Shown here one piece after another: positions 19,859 through 29,416 of a DNA stretch of 64,000 nt (position 1 is the stretch's first letter; every line of letters starts with the position of its first letter). The translations under genes and the position numbers were made by a program. The notes beneath the pieces are model-generated. The model was not told the origin of the DNA, made no database searches, and saw only the letters and a program-made list of their open reading frames with translations. The DNA lies in the NCBI GenBank assembly GCA_030649895.1, contig JAUSEX010000031.1:2620-66619 (forward strand), read 5' to 3'. The stretch comes from Candidatus Omnitrophota bacterium. GTDB taxonomy: Bacteria > Omnitrophota > Gorgyraeia > Gorgyraeales > Gorgyraeaceae.

Positions 19859-19903
19859 TCGTAGGCTTGTTAGGCTAAGAATAAACTAGATAGTTAAAAT
19901 TAT

Positions 19904-21337
19904 ATGAAAATATTGTTTCTTAATCCATCTTATGGGAAAGGATTTTGTAAGACTGCACGCTGGTTTGCGAAGTCCAGGGCAAGGGAGCAACGGCACCCTG
20001 ATTATATCTGCGTAGCTATAGCTGTGCTTGAGGAAGGCGGTCATACATGTAAGTTTATAGATGGAGCAGCCAGGGATATGTCTTTTAAGGAAACAAGGCA
20101 AATATTTAAGGATTTTAAACCCGATATGGCTGTTATAAATGCGACAACGCCTTCTATAGATTCTGATTTAAGTTATGCAAAGATGTGCAAGGAAGAGGGT
20201 GATAATAAGGTTATTACTGTTATGATAGGCGCGCATGTCAGCGCTGAACCGGAAGGTACCTTAAAAAAAGGTAACGGATTTTTGGATATAGTTGCAAGAA
20301 GAGAGTATGACTGGACATTGAAAGATATTGCGGGTGGCAATGAGTTTTCAAGCGTTCAGGGAATATCTTATTGCAGGGAAGGCAATATAACCCATAATCC
20401 CGAGAGGCATTTTATCCGGGATCTTAATGAGTTGCCTTTTCCTGCATGGCGACATATAAATCCGCGCGATTACTATAGCCCTGCAAAAAGAAATCCGTTT
20501 CTTACCGTGATTACAGGGAGAGGATGCGAGGGCAGGTGCGTATTTTGCCTGTTTCCGCAGGTAATGTATGGCAGGCAATATAGGCACAGGAGCGCCGAGA
20601 GCGTCCTAGACGAGATAGAATATGACATAAGGTTTTTCCCTTCTTTGAAAGAAATAATGTTTGAGGATGACACCTTTACTTTTAGTAAATACAACAGCAG
20701 GCTGGAAAGTATATGCAAAGGTATTATAGATAGAGGTATAAAAATTTCATGGTGCTGCAACGCAAGGCCCGAGATACAGGATATTTTGCTTTTGAGACTC
20801 ATGAAAAAAGCAGGCTGCAGGATGATGTGCGTTGGTTTTGAATCAGGAGACGATGCCATATTAAAGAATCTGAAAAAAGATATTACTGCTGATAGAATGA
20901 GAAATTTTGCCGATCTCTCCAGAAACGCAGGCATTTCTGTGCACGGGTGTTTTGTTATAGGCGCTCCAGGCGAAACGCCTGATTCAGTTAATAGGACTAT
21001 AAAATTTGCCGCTAAGCTTCCTATAGATACGGTTCAATTCAGCGGATTGTGCGCTTATCCGGGAACAGAGTTTTATAATTGGTGCAAGGAGAACAGTTAT
21101 ATTGTTGCTAGAGACTGGAAAGAATGGGTGGATGAGAAGAAAGAGCAGAGGGCGATAATAGATTACCCGGCTCTTTCTTGTAGCGCTATGAATAAAGCCG
21201 TAGACAGGGCGCTTTACAATTTCTATCTTAGGCCTGGCTACATATTCTCGCAGATAATACATCCAAAGTCATTCCGCGACATCAAGGCCAGATTAAAAGG
21301 GCTTTCGAACTTTGCCGCTTACCGCTTAAGGAATTGA
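19904..21337 (+). CDS. B12-binding domain radical SAM protein (class B)
   Basis: 477 aa. N-terminal cobalamin-binding Rossmann-like domain, then CEGRCVFC (CxxxCxxC) and a TIM-barrel rSAM core. Paralogous to the N-terminal 470 aa of the 50923 gene. Confidence 0.85.
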   Translation: MKILFLNPSYGKGFCKTARWFAKSRAREQRHPDYICVAIAVLEEGGHTCKFIDGAARDMSFKETRQIFKDFKPDMAVINATTPSIDSDLSYAKMCKEEGDNKVITVMIGAHVSAEPEGTLKKGNGFLDIVARREYDWTLKDIAGGNEFSSVQGISYCREGNITHNPERHFIRDLNELPFPAWRHINPRDYYSPAKRNPFLTVITGRGCEGRCVFCLFPQVMYGRQYRHRSAESVLDEIEYDIRFFPSLKEIMFEDDTFTFSKYNSRLESICKGIIDRGIKISWCCNARPEIQDILLLRLMKKAGCRMMCVGFESGDDAILKNLKKDITADRMRNFADLSRNAGISVHGCFVIGAPGETPDSVNRTIKFAAKLPIDTVQFSGLCAYPGTEFYNWCKENSYIVARDWKEWVDEKKEQRAIIDYPALSCSAMNKAVDRALYNFYLRPGYIFSQIIHPKSFRDIKARLKGLSNFAAYRLRN

Positions 21338-21663
21338 AAATGAATAGTAAAAGCAGATTTTTTATTATTTTTAATATGGATGTGTTTTCTTTTCAGATTT
21401 ATTTACCTGGCGCGTTTTGTGCCTGGATTTAATGGTAATGAGGCGCTTTATGATATAAAAACTTATATCATAAAGCATGAGTCGTTTATATTGATGGGGT
21501 TTAATATACACAGGGCCTTTGATAGGCTATACGAGAACTTTGTTCTATTAGCTTATGGGTGTTAATATTTTTTTCATTAAGATTTCCAAGAATAAAGAGA
21601 ATACGAGTTTAAATAATTAGCATGTATTTTTGCTTATAAAACAGGCTGATCGGCAGATAAAAT

Positions 21664-22866
21664 ATGAGACTTGATATTATGAGGAAGATAGATTTTTGGG
21701 TAGGCACGCCGCTATGTTTTATTCTTTCTTTATTTAAGCGTAGAGGGGCGAGGTCCGCAAGGTTTAATAAAATATTATTCATAGAGTTGTCGGAGATGGG
21801 AAGCGCCATATTAGCGTACTCCGCCATCAAAAGAATAAAAGAAACTTTGCCTTGCGCCGAGTTATATTTCTGGGTGTTTGAAAGGAATAAAGAAAGCGTG
21901 CAGGTATGTGGCATAATACCAGAAAAGAATATTATTACGATGAATGATAAGACATTTTATTCCATTGTAAGAGATTCTGTCAGGAATATCTGTAGGATAC
22001 GGTCCGAAAAAATAGATGTAGTAATTGATATGGAGCTTTTTTCTAGGTTTACCGCAATATTAAGTTGTCTTAGCGGCGCAAAAACAAGAGCGGGTTTTTA
22101 TAGATTTTTTCAAGAAGGGCTTTTCAGGGGCTCCCTTTCTAATATAAGAGTGCAGTATAATCCCCATCTTCATATAAGTTCGAATTTTATGGCGCTTAGC
22201 GAATCTTTGTTGACAATGGAGCCGCATATGCCTTTTTATAAAGGAAGAATAGAAAGCGCGAAGATAAGATTGCCGGTATTTGAGCCGGATAAGGCGTCTA
22301 TGGGTAAAATAAGAGCCTTGCTTGATAGTAATTCTGGGATGCGCTTAACAGAGAATAGTAAAATAGTAGTTATCAATCCTTTTGGAGGAAACTTGCTGCC
22401 TATAAGGAGCTGGCCATTGGAAAATTATATGTTTCTGGCAGAAAGGCTTCTTATTCATGAAGATACTTTTGTAGTCATTATAGGCATTGAATCAGACAGT
22501 AAAGAAAAGAGTCGAATGCGCAGGATAGCAGGCCATGGAAGAGTTGCTGATATCACAGGCAAATTGTCTCTTGCGGATTTGTTAGCCCTTTTTTCCATGT
22601 CAGATATTTTTATAACCCATGACAGCGGGCCTGTCCATTTCGCAAGCCTTACAAAGGTTAATATGATAGTTTTGTTCGGGCCTGAAACTCCGATTTGTTA
22701 CGGCCCGCTAAAAAAAGACGTTGTTATGTTTTATTCCGGTTTTGCATGCAGCCCATGCCTGTCAGCTTATAATCACAGAAAGTCGCCCTGTAAGGACAAT
22801 AAATGTCTTAAGGCGATAAGCGTGGAAGATGTTTATAAAACCGCAGTAAGATTGATAGAAAAATAG
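21664..22866 (+). CDS. family 9 glycosyltransferase (ADP-heptose:LPS heptosyltransferase-like)
   Basis: 400 aa. Two Rossmann halves with VVINPFGG...SWPLENY and ITHDSGPVHFASL motifs typical of RfaF/WaaC-like GT9. Confidence 0.7.
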   Translation: MRLDIMRKIDFWVGTPLCFILSLFKRRGARSARFNKILFIELSEMGSAILAYSAIKRIKETLPCAELYFWVFERNKESVQVCGIIPEKNIITMNDKTFYSIVRDSVRNICRIRSEKIDVVIDMELFSRFTAILSCLSGAKTRAGFYRFFQEGLFRGSLSNIRVQYNPHLHISSNFMALSESLLTMEPHMPFYKGRIESAKIRLPVFEPDKASMGKIRALLDSNSGMRLTENSKIVVINPFGGNLLPIRSWPLENYMFLAERLLIHEDTFVVIIGIESDSKEKSRMRRIAGHGRVADITGKLSLADLLALFSMSDIFITHDSGPVHFASLTKVNMIVLFGPETPICYGPLKKDVVMFYSGFACSPCLSAYNHRKSPCKDNKCLKAISVEDVYKTAVRLIEK

Positions 22867-22889
22867 CGCTAAGAGGATAATCGGTAGTA

Positions 22890-24857
22890 ATGAAAAAAAT
22901 ACTTATTTTCTTTACATTCGCGGTTTTGGCATTGTTTTTAGTGCATCCTGTGCAGAATGGAGATACATGGATGCACCTTAAATCCGGCCAATTAATGATA
23001 GAAAGAATGCAAGTGCTTAGCATAGATGACTATTCATACACTATAGCCGGCAAGGAATGGCTAAATCACCAGTGGTTATCGCAGGTTATTTTCTATTTTG
23101 TGTATAAACTTTTTGGCGTCAATGGGCTTATATTCTTCTTAGCTATTGTAATATTTTTCGCGTTTATCTTATTATTTATAAATACATACAGAAGGAATAG
23201 TTGGTTATTGTCTGTTTTTCTAGTATTGTTAGTCATGTTATTTTCGCTAGAGCAATTTTTGATCCGGCCGCTCATATTTTCTTTATTTTTATTTTCACTT
23301 TTCATATTTATTTTACATAGATATAAGTACGTATGGCCTCCGGAAAAAGAGAAATATCTGTATGCGTTAATCCCGCTTCAGATTTTTTGGGTAAATTTAC
23401 ATGGCGCGGCTATAATGGGTATTTTTCTTGTATGGGCTTATATAGCCGGCGAATTTATAGATAACAATATAAGGCGCAATTTCAAAAACTATTTTTACAT
23501 AAGAAAGAGTAAATATAAAAAACTGCTATATGTTGGAATACTAGTGGTTGTTTCAGCCGGTCTTACCCCATACGGATATAGGGCAATTTTATTTCCTATA
23601 AATGAGTTAAAAGAAATGTATTTTTTAACTGAATGGGCACCTGCTTTACATAAGGATATTTTTCTTAATTTTGGCGCAATGCCATATTACCGGTTATTTC
23701 TTCTGATCAGTATATGTGTATTTATTTTTAGAATTAATCTTATTTCTTCAGCTAATATTATTATCTTCGGATCTCTTTTGTACCTTTCTTTAAGCGGGAA
23801 AAGGCATTTGCCATTATATGGCTTTGCAATAGCCCCGTGTATCAGCGAATATTTAAGAGGGATAGAGCTTAGAAAAGTGCCGTTATATATAAAAAAGTTT
23901 TTTATCGGTGCGTTATCCATAGCATTGGCTTTGTATTTGGTATTATTGGTTAAAGATATCATTACCGGAAGGTATTATGTGAGAAAAAAGATAGAATCGT
24001 GGGTTGGTTTAGGTAAGGTAGGGTATCCAGAGAAAGCGGTAGATTTTTTGTTGAAATCTGGATTAAAAGGAAATATGTTTAATGATTTTAGCAGTGGTTG
24101 CGACCTTATATGGGGATTGTATCCTGAAAAGAAGGTTTTTATAGACGGCAGAAATACTATTTATGGCAGTAAGTTTATAGAAGATAATTATGTAGGGCCT
24201 TTAATAGACACTTTTCTTTTCGAAAGAGTAGTCGATAAGTATAATATAACTTATGTTTTTTTGAACGACTATGTTTCTAATAATATAGAAAAAATTGTAC
24301 CTTATTTATATCATAGCGAGAATTGGAAATTGATTTTTTTTGATGACATGGCGTGCATATTTGTAAAAAATACAGAATCCAATTTTGAAATAATAAATAA
24401 ATACCATGTAGATCTGCGAGAGAAAAAAGAAGTTATCAAATTAAATAAATTCAAGTGGCAAATATTTTATCCTAAAGGTTATATAAATAGAGCTGCTTTC
24501 TATGAGAAAGCCGGCTTGCTAGATATGGCAATAGATACTCTCAGGGATACCCTTTTAATTGCGCCAGAAGCGGAAGACGGTTATTGTAATTTGGGCATTT
24601 TATATTTAAAAAAAGAAATGTGGCTAGATGCTGTTGAAGAATTCAAAAAGGCAATAAAGCTTAATAAAAAGAGTCTTACGGCGCATAATAATCTTGGGGC
24701 TGTATATATAAAATTAGGCAGATATAAAGATGCGATAGATCAATTCAAAAAGGTTTTATGGCTGAATCCATTATACGTAGAAGCTATATATAATATTAGA
24801 ATAGCTACGAGAGGTTATAAAAATCAAAAGCTTTTATATAAAAACACTGGGATGTAA
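22890..24857 (+). CDS. polytopic membrane protein with C-terminal TPR repeats (putative GT-C-like glycosyltransferase)
   Basis: 655 aa. About 12 TM helices, then TPR repeats (YCNLGILYLKKEMWLDAVEEFKKAIKLN...). Confidence 0.5.
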   Translation: MKKILIFFTFAVLALFLVHPVQNGDTWMHLKSGQLMIERMQVLSIDDYSYTIAGKEWLNHQWLSQVIFYFVYKLFGVNGLIFFLAIVIFFAFILLFINTYRRNSWLLSVFLVLLVMLFSLEQFLIRPLIFSLFLFSLFIFILHRYKYVWPPEKEKYLYALIPLQIFWVNLHGAAIMGIFLVWAYIAGEFIDNNIRRNFKNYFYIRKSKYKKLLYVGILVVVSAGLTPYGYRAILFPINELKEMYFLTEWAPALHKDIFLNFGAMPYYRLFLLISICVFIFRINLISSANIIIFGSLLYLSLSGKRHLPLYGFAIAPCISEYLRGIELRKVPLYIKKFFIGALSIALALYLVLLVKDIITGRYYVRKKIESWVGLGKVGYPEKAVDFLLKSGLKGNMFNDFSSGCDLIWGLYPEKKVFIDGRNTIYGSKFIEDNYVGPLIDTFLFERVVDKYNITYVFLNDYVSNNIEKIVPYLYHSENWKLIFFDDMACIFVKNTESNFEIINKYHVDLREKKEVIKLNKFKWQIFYPKGYINRAAFYEKAGLLDMAIDTLRDTLLIAPEAEDGYCNLGILYLKKEMWLDAVEEFKKAIKLNKKSLTAHNNLGAVYIKLGRYKDAIDQFKKVLWLNPLYVEAIYNIRIATRGYKNQKLLYKNTGM

Positions 24858-26100
24858 GGTTAACCAGTATGAGTCGCAGATGATCCGCGAGAATTTTCTG
24901 AAGGAGGGATATACTGAAGCCGGAAATAGCGACGAAGCTGACGTGTGCGTGGTCAACACCTGCACCGTTACCTCGACAAGTGATTCCAAGTCTTTAAAAT
25001 CAATCCGTTCCGGCTTAAGAAAAAAGGATAAATGCGTAGTCGCCACAGGGTGCATGATAAATGATAGAGACCTGGATTTAGCCAAACTTAAAGGGGTAGA
25101 TTTTATTATAAAGAACAAAGATAAATATAAAATCCCGAAAATTATTCAACAATCCCTTGAGCCTTCAGCCTTGAGCCCTCAGCCAAGCGGGTCTATCACG
25201 TGGTTCGAAGGCCATTCCAGGGCGTTCGTGAAGGTTCAGGACGGCTGCAACAATAGATGTTCTTATTGCAAGGTTAGTATTGTAAGAGGCAGGTCCAGGA
25301 GCAGGGCTTCCGAAGAAGTGTTTCGCGAATGCGAAACTTTAATAAAAAACGGCTATAAGGAAATAGTGCTTACGGGGATATGTCTCGGCGCTTATGGCAG
25401 GGATATTTCAAATAGCGTAGATCTTTCGAGATTAATAAAAGAACTATGCAGGATAAAAGGGGATTGGCGCATAAGACTTAGCTCCATAGAGCCCAAAGAC
25501 GTGGTAGACGGCCTTATCTCGCAGATGAGATCGGAAGATAAACTCTGTAAACATTTACATATCCCATTTCAGAGCGGGGATGATGATATATTAAAAAGAA
25601 TGAACAGGCCATATGCCGCAGGCGATTATATAGGCATTGTTAATAAATTGAGAAAAGCTATTCCTGATATCGCTATCTCTACGGATATAATGGTAGGGTT
25701 CCCGGGAGAAGAAGAAGCTAATTTTCAGAATACAATGACTTTTATTAAAGAGATAAGGCCTATGCGCTTGCATACTTTCGGATTTTCGAAAAGGATAGGC
25801 ACGCCTGCGCATAGCTACAAAGATAATGTGGCTAGCGCCATAAAAAAAAAGAGAGAGCACGCTCTTATGGATGCAGTTAAGGGTTTTACCAAAGAGTTTG
25901 AGGGGATGTTTATAGGTAAAATTGCAAGGGTTCTCGTTGAAGATAAAAGGGATAAAGATGATTTTCTACAAGGATATACAGACAGATATATAAAGGTACT
26001 CATAGATGGGCCAGATAGCGCGAAATCCTGCCTTTTAACTTGTCAGCTGACCTTGACAAATCAGAAAGCGTATGGTATACTTCTTTCATATTCGGATTAA
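24805..26100 (+). CDS. MiaB/RimO/MtaB-family radical SAM methylthiotransferase
   Basis: Has the MTTase N-domain (VVNTCTVTS), CNNRCSYC radical SAM motif and a C-terminal TRAM-like domain. The conserved N-terminus FYIKTLGCKVNQYESQ is encoded in-frame upstream of the first ATG (24880) with no ATG/GTG/TTG. The 5' boundary is given as the frame opening at 24805 and is uncertain. Confidence 0.75.
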   Translation, partial: LREVIKIKSFYIKTLGCKVNQYESQMIRENFLKEGYTEAGNSDEADVCVVNTCTVTSTSDSKSLKSIRSGLRKKDKCVVATGCMINDRDLDLAKLKGVDFIIKNKDKYKIPKIIQQSLEPSALSPQPSGSITWFEGHSRAFVKVQDGCNNRCSYCKVSIVRGRSRSRASEEVFRECETLIKNGYKEIVLTGICLGAYGRDISNSVDLSRLIKELCRIKGDWRIRLSSIEPKDVVDGLISQMRSEDKLCKHLHIPFQSGDDDILKRMNRPYAAGDYIGIVNKLRKAIPDIAISTDIMVGFPGEEEANFQNTMTFIKEIRPMRLHTFGFSKRIGTPAHSYKDNVASAIKKKREHALMDAVKGFTKEFEGMFIGKIARVLVEDKRDKDDFLQGYTDRYIKVLIDGPDSAKSCLLTCQLTLTNQKAYGILLSYSD

Positions 26101-26116
26101 TTCCTCAAACTAATTT

Positions 26117-26659
26117 ATGCCTCAAATAAAATTTAACTGGGTTGATATATTTTTCATAATTGTTTTATTTAGAACATGTTACATAAGTTTCAAAAATGGA
26201 CTTTTACCGGAATTTTTCAGGATTTCAGGTCTTTTTCTAGCGTTTGTTCTTTCGTTTAATAATTATATTCTGGCTAGCGATTTTCTTGCCAAGCACGCCA
26301 GATTGACAGGTCTAAAAGCAGAGGCAACAGGCTTCGTATTCATATTTTTAACAGTTCTACTGGTCTTTAAACTGCTGACTGTATTGGCAGTTAAACTTTT
26401 GGGCAATTCTGAAAACGTTTCCTTGGCCAACAAGATGGTAGGCCTGATGTTTGGATTAGCAAGAGGAATTCTTTTAACAGGGCTTTTTTACTTTTTGTAT
26501 ACCCACAGCCCTGTTGATTATTTTTATAAAAGCGCGAAAGAAAAATCTTTTTCAGCTCCGTACGCCTCGCTCGTGGCGCCTTTTGCGTATAAGACAGGGA
26601 TGAGTTTTTATCCCCTCGAGAAACACGAGACACCGCTCGTTAAACTATTAGGAAAATAA
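26117..26659 (+). CDS. cvpA: CvpA-family membrane protein
   Basis: 180 aa, four TM helices, N-terminal pattern typical of colicin V production protein family. Confidence 0.65.
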   Translation: MPQIKFNWVDIFFIIVLFRTCYISFKNGLLPEFFRISGLFLAFVLSFNNYILASDFLAKHARLTGLKAEATGFVFIFLTVLLVFKLLTVLAVKLLGNSENVSLANKMVGLMFGLARGILLTGLFYFLYTHSPVDYFYKSAKEKSFSAPYASLVAPFAYKTGMSFYPLEKHETPLVKLLGK

Positions 26660-26693
26660 AATTGGCGCGTGACGCCAATCACAGGAGGATGAA

Positions 26694-27653
26694 GTGAAAC
26701 TTATAGACATCTATAGGAGTGTAGTGTTTTTTGGAATGGAACAGGATCCCAGAGGCAAGGATAAAGTTAAGAAGGAGCTTTTAGGGGCAAAGAATGAATA
26801 CGAAAAATTGAGCGCCAAGGATAAAGAGTTTTATGATAAGGAAAGACTTGAGAACCCTTACAGCGACACAAGGATCCTTTTCGGTAAACATGACAGTGAA
26901 ATAAAAACGATCCTGGTAGGCGTGGATATGGAGGTAGGGGAGATAGTCCTTGCTGAAAGGCTAAAAGAAAAAGGCGAGAAAATAGATTTGGTAATGACTC
27001 ATCATCCCGAAGGCCTTGCCTTGGCGGGATTTTTTAATGTGATGTATATGCAAGCGGATATATTGAGCAAGATAGGCGTTCCTATAAATGTCGCAGAGTC
27101 TCTTATGTGCGACAGGATCAGGGAGGTTGAAAGAAGGGTCATGCCTGTGAATCACACCCGTGCCGTTGACGCGGCAAGGCTTTTGGATATTAATTTTATG
27201 AGCTGCCATACGCCGGCCGATAACCACGTCGCTACTTATCTGCAGGATTTGATGGATAAGAAAAAACCGGGCACGCTTGGCGATATTATTGATATATTAA
27301 GGGAGATACCTGAATATAATGCAGCAGCCAAAGAGAATGCCGGCCCCAAGATAACAAGAGGCGATAATTCGCGCAAGGCGGGCAAGATCTTTGTAGACAT
27401 GACGGGCGGCACGGAAGGCTCCAAGGATATATTCAAAAAGCTTTCAGAGGCGGGTATCTCCACTATTGTATGTATGCATCTTAGTGAAGAGCATTTTAAA
27501 AAAGCGCAGGAAGAGCATATGAATGTTGTAGTCGCAGGCCATATAGCGAGCGACAATGTAGGACTCAATATGATACTTGATGAGCTTGAGAAAAAGTCCA
27601 AGCTTAAGATATTGGCGTGTTCCGGGTTCAGGAGATTTACAAGGAAAAAATAA
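26694..27653 (+). CDS. Nif3-family dinuclear metal center protein
   Basis: GTG start after an AGGAGG RBS. DLVMTHHPEG motif and length of NIF3/YqfO. Upstream of dnaG, as in many genomes. Confidence 0.65.
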   Translation: MKLIDIYRSVVFFGMEQDPRGKDKVKKELLGAKNEYEKLSAKDKEFYDKERLENPYSDTRILFGKHDSEIKTILVGVDMEVGEIVLAERLKEKGEKIDLVMTHHPEGLALAGFFNVMYMQADILSKIGVPINVAESLMCDRIREVERRVMPVNHTRAVDAARLLDINFMSCHTPADNHVATYLQDLMDKKKPGTLGDIIDILREIPEYNAAAKENAGPKITRGDNSRKAGKIFVDMTGGTEGSKDIFKKLSEAGISTIVCMHLSEEHFKKAQEEHMNVVVAGHIASDNVGLNMILDELEKKSKLKILACSGFRRFTRKK

Positions 27654-29414
27654 ATGGGCAAGATACCGGAAAACATATTGAACGAGATACAGGATAGATG
27701 CGATATAGTAGAGGTGATTTCAAACTATATTTCGCTTAAGCCATCAGGTAGAAATTTTAAGGCGTGCTGCCCCTTTCATCATGAGAAAACGCCTTCTTTT
27801 GTCGTGAGCCCCGATAAGCAGATATATCATTGTTTTGGATGTAACTCAGGCGGAAACGTGTTTAATTTTATAAAAGAATATGAAAAAATGGATTTTATAG
27901 ACGCTGTAAAAATGCTGGCCGAAAAAACAGGCGTAAAGCTGCCTGAGTATAAAAGCCATGATGACCAGGACAGTTCTGTCGTAAGCACGCTGTATTCAAT
28001 CAACGACATTGCGGTGAATTATTACTCTAATTTTTTAGAGAAGGCCGGGTCATCTTCGGATGTGAAGCGGTATATAGTAAAAAGAGGCCTTGACGCAGTC
28101 GTGTTAAAAAAATTCAGGGTTGGTTATGCTGACTCTTCATGGAAAGCCCTTATAGATTATTTGTCCGGAAGGGGCGTTAAACAGGATATGATTCTCAAGG
28201 CGGGGTTGGTTACTAAAGGCAAAGACGGCGCTTATTATGATCTTTTCAGGAACAGGATTATTTTTCCGATATTTGACGCGAGGGACAAGGTTGTAGGTTT
28301 CGGCGCCAGGGTTATGGATGAAGCTATGCCAAAGTATATAAACTCTCCTGAAACAGCTATTTATAAAAAGGGTCTGCATTTGTATGGCCTTAATTTTGCA
28401 AAGGCTAATATAAAGGAAAAAAATTTTGCGATAATCACGGAAGGGTACCTGGACGTGATGACGTGCCATCAATATGGCGTTGCCAATTCAATAGCGTCTC
28501 TGGGAACCGCCCTTACGACAGAGCAGATAAGGCTTTTGAAGAGATACACCCACAATGTGGTTATGCTTTACGACGCTGATCAGGCAGGAGAAATGGCGTC
28601 ATTGAGAGGTTTGGATTTATTTTTAGAAGAAGGCATGAATGTAAAAATAGCTACTCTGGAAAAAGGCCATGACCCGGATAGTTTTTTAAGGAAGTTTGGC
28701 AGGGAAAAATTTGACACGGCGATAAATAAATCAAAGAGCCTTTTTACGTATAAGTTAGATATATTGAAAAATAAATTTGATAAGAGAGACCCCGAGTCAA
28801 AGGCGGAGATTATAAAAGAGATGCTTTCCACTATTTACAAGGTGAAGAATGCGATAGTAAAGGCGGAATATATAAGGCTTCTTTCTTACGAACTTTCAGT
28901 CAAAGAAGATGCTGTATGGGAAGAGCTAAAGAAGATAAAAGACAAAAGGCCGTCTGATTTTAATCGTTCCAAGCAGGACGTTAAGAGGCCTATCGAGATA
29001 TCCCCCGCTGAAAAGATATTGACGAGGCTGATGTTAGAAGATATTAATGTGGTTAAAATAGTAAAGGACGAACTTAAGCCGTCTGATTTCAGGAACCATG
29101 ATATTCGAAATATAGCTGAAGCGCTTTTTTTAATTGACACAGATGGCGGATTAATAGATGTAGGCAGGTTAATAAATTCAATGGAGAACAAAGTGCCTCA
29201 GAATGTCGTATCTTTTATAGTGAACGAGGAAGTGGATATAAAGGATAAAGAGAAAAACGTGTGTGACTGTATAATGTCCATAAAAAAGGAAAACAGGTCC
29301 AGGCTGTTAAAGGATATACAAAGCAGGCTGGATATAGCGCAGAAGAGCGGTTACGAGGAAGAAGAAAAGAGGCTTTTAGAGGAGTTTAATCAGATTATAA
29401 AGAAGGGGGTTTAG
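27654..29414 (+). CDS. dnaG: DNA primase DnaG
   Basis: 586 aa. Zinc ribbon [31 protein letters not shown] domain ([19 protein letters not shown]). Confidence 0.9.
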   Translation: MGKIPENILNEIQDRCDIVEVISNYISLKPSGRNFKACCPFHHEKTPSFVVSPDKQIYHCFGCNSGGNVFNFIKEYEKMDFIDAVKMLAEKTGVKLPEYKSHDDQDSSVVSTLYSINDIAVNYYSNFLEKAGSSSDVKRYIVKRGLDAVVLKKFRVGYADSSWKALIDYLSGRGVKQDMILKAGLVTKGKDGAYYDLFRNRIIFPIFDARDKVVGFGARVMDEAMPKYINSPETAIYKKGLHLYGLNFAKANIKEKNFAIITEGYLDVMTCHQYGVANSIASLGTALTTEQIRLLKRYTHNVVMLYDADQAGEMASLRGLDLFLEEGMNVKIATLEKGHDPDSFLRKFGREKFDTAINKSKSLFTYKLDILKNKFDKRDPESKAEIIKEMLSTIYKVKNAIVKAEYIRLLSYELSVKEDAVWEELKKIKDKRPSDFNRSKQDVKRPIEISPAEKILTRLMLEDINVVKIVKDELKPSDFRNHDIRNIAEALFLIDTDGGLIDVGRLINSMENKVPQNVVSFIVNEEVDIKDKEKNVCDCIMSIKKENRSRLLKDIQSRLDIAQKSGYEEEEKRLLEEFNQIIKKGV

Positions 29415-29416
29415 CT

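Noticed and set aside
19689-19889. 66-aa ORF in the leader of the B12-rSAM gene
   Set aside because: It sits in a GC-rich structured non-coding region with no RBS. It is more likely part of an RNA element.
20348-21262. several 79-153-aa minus-strand ORFs
   Set aside because: All are antisense to the well-supported B12-radical SAM CDS. None has a recognisable domain. Every other minus-strand ORF in the track overlaps a stronger + strand gene in the same way.
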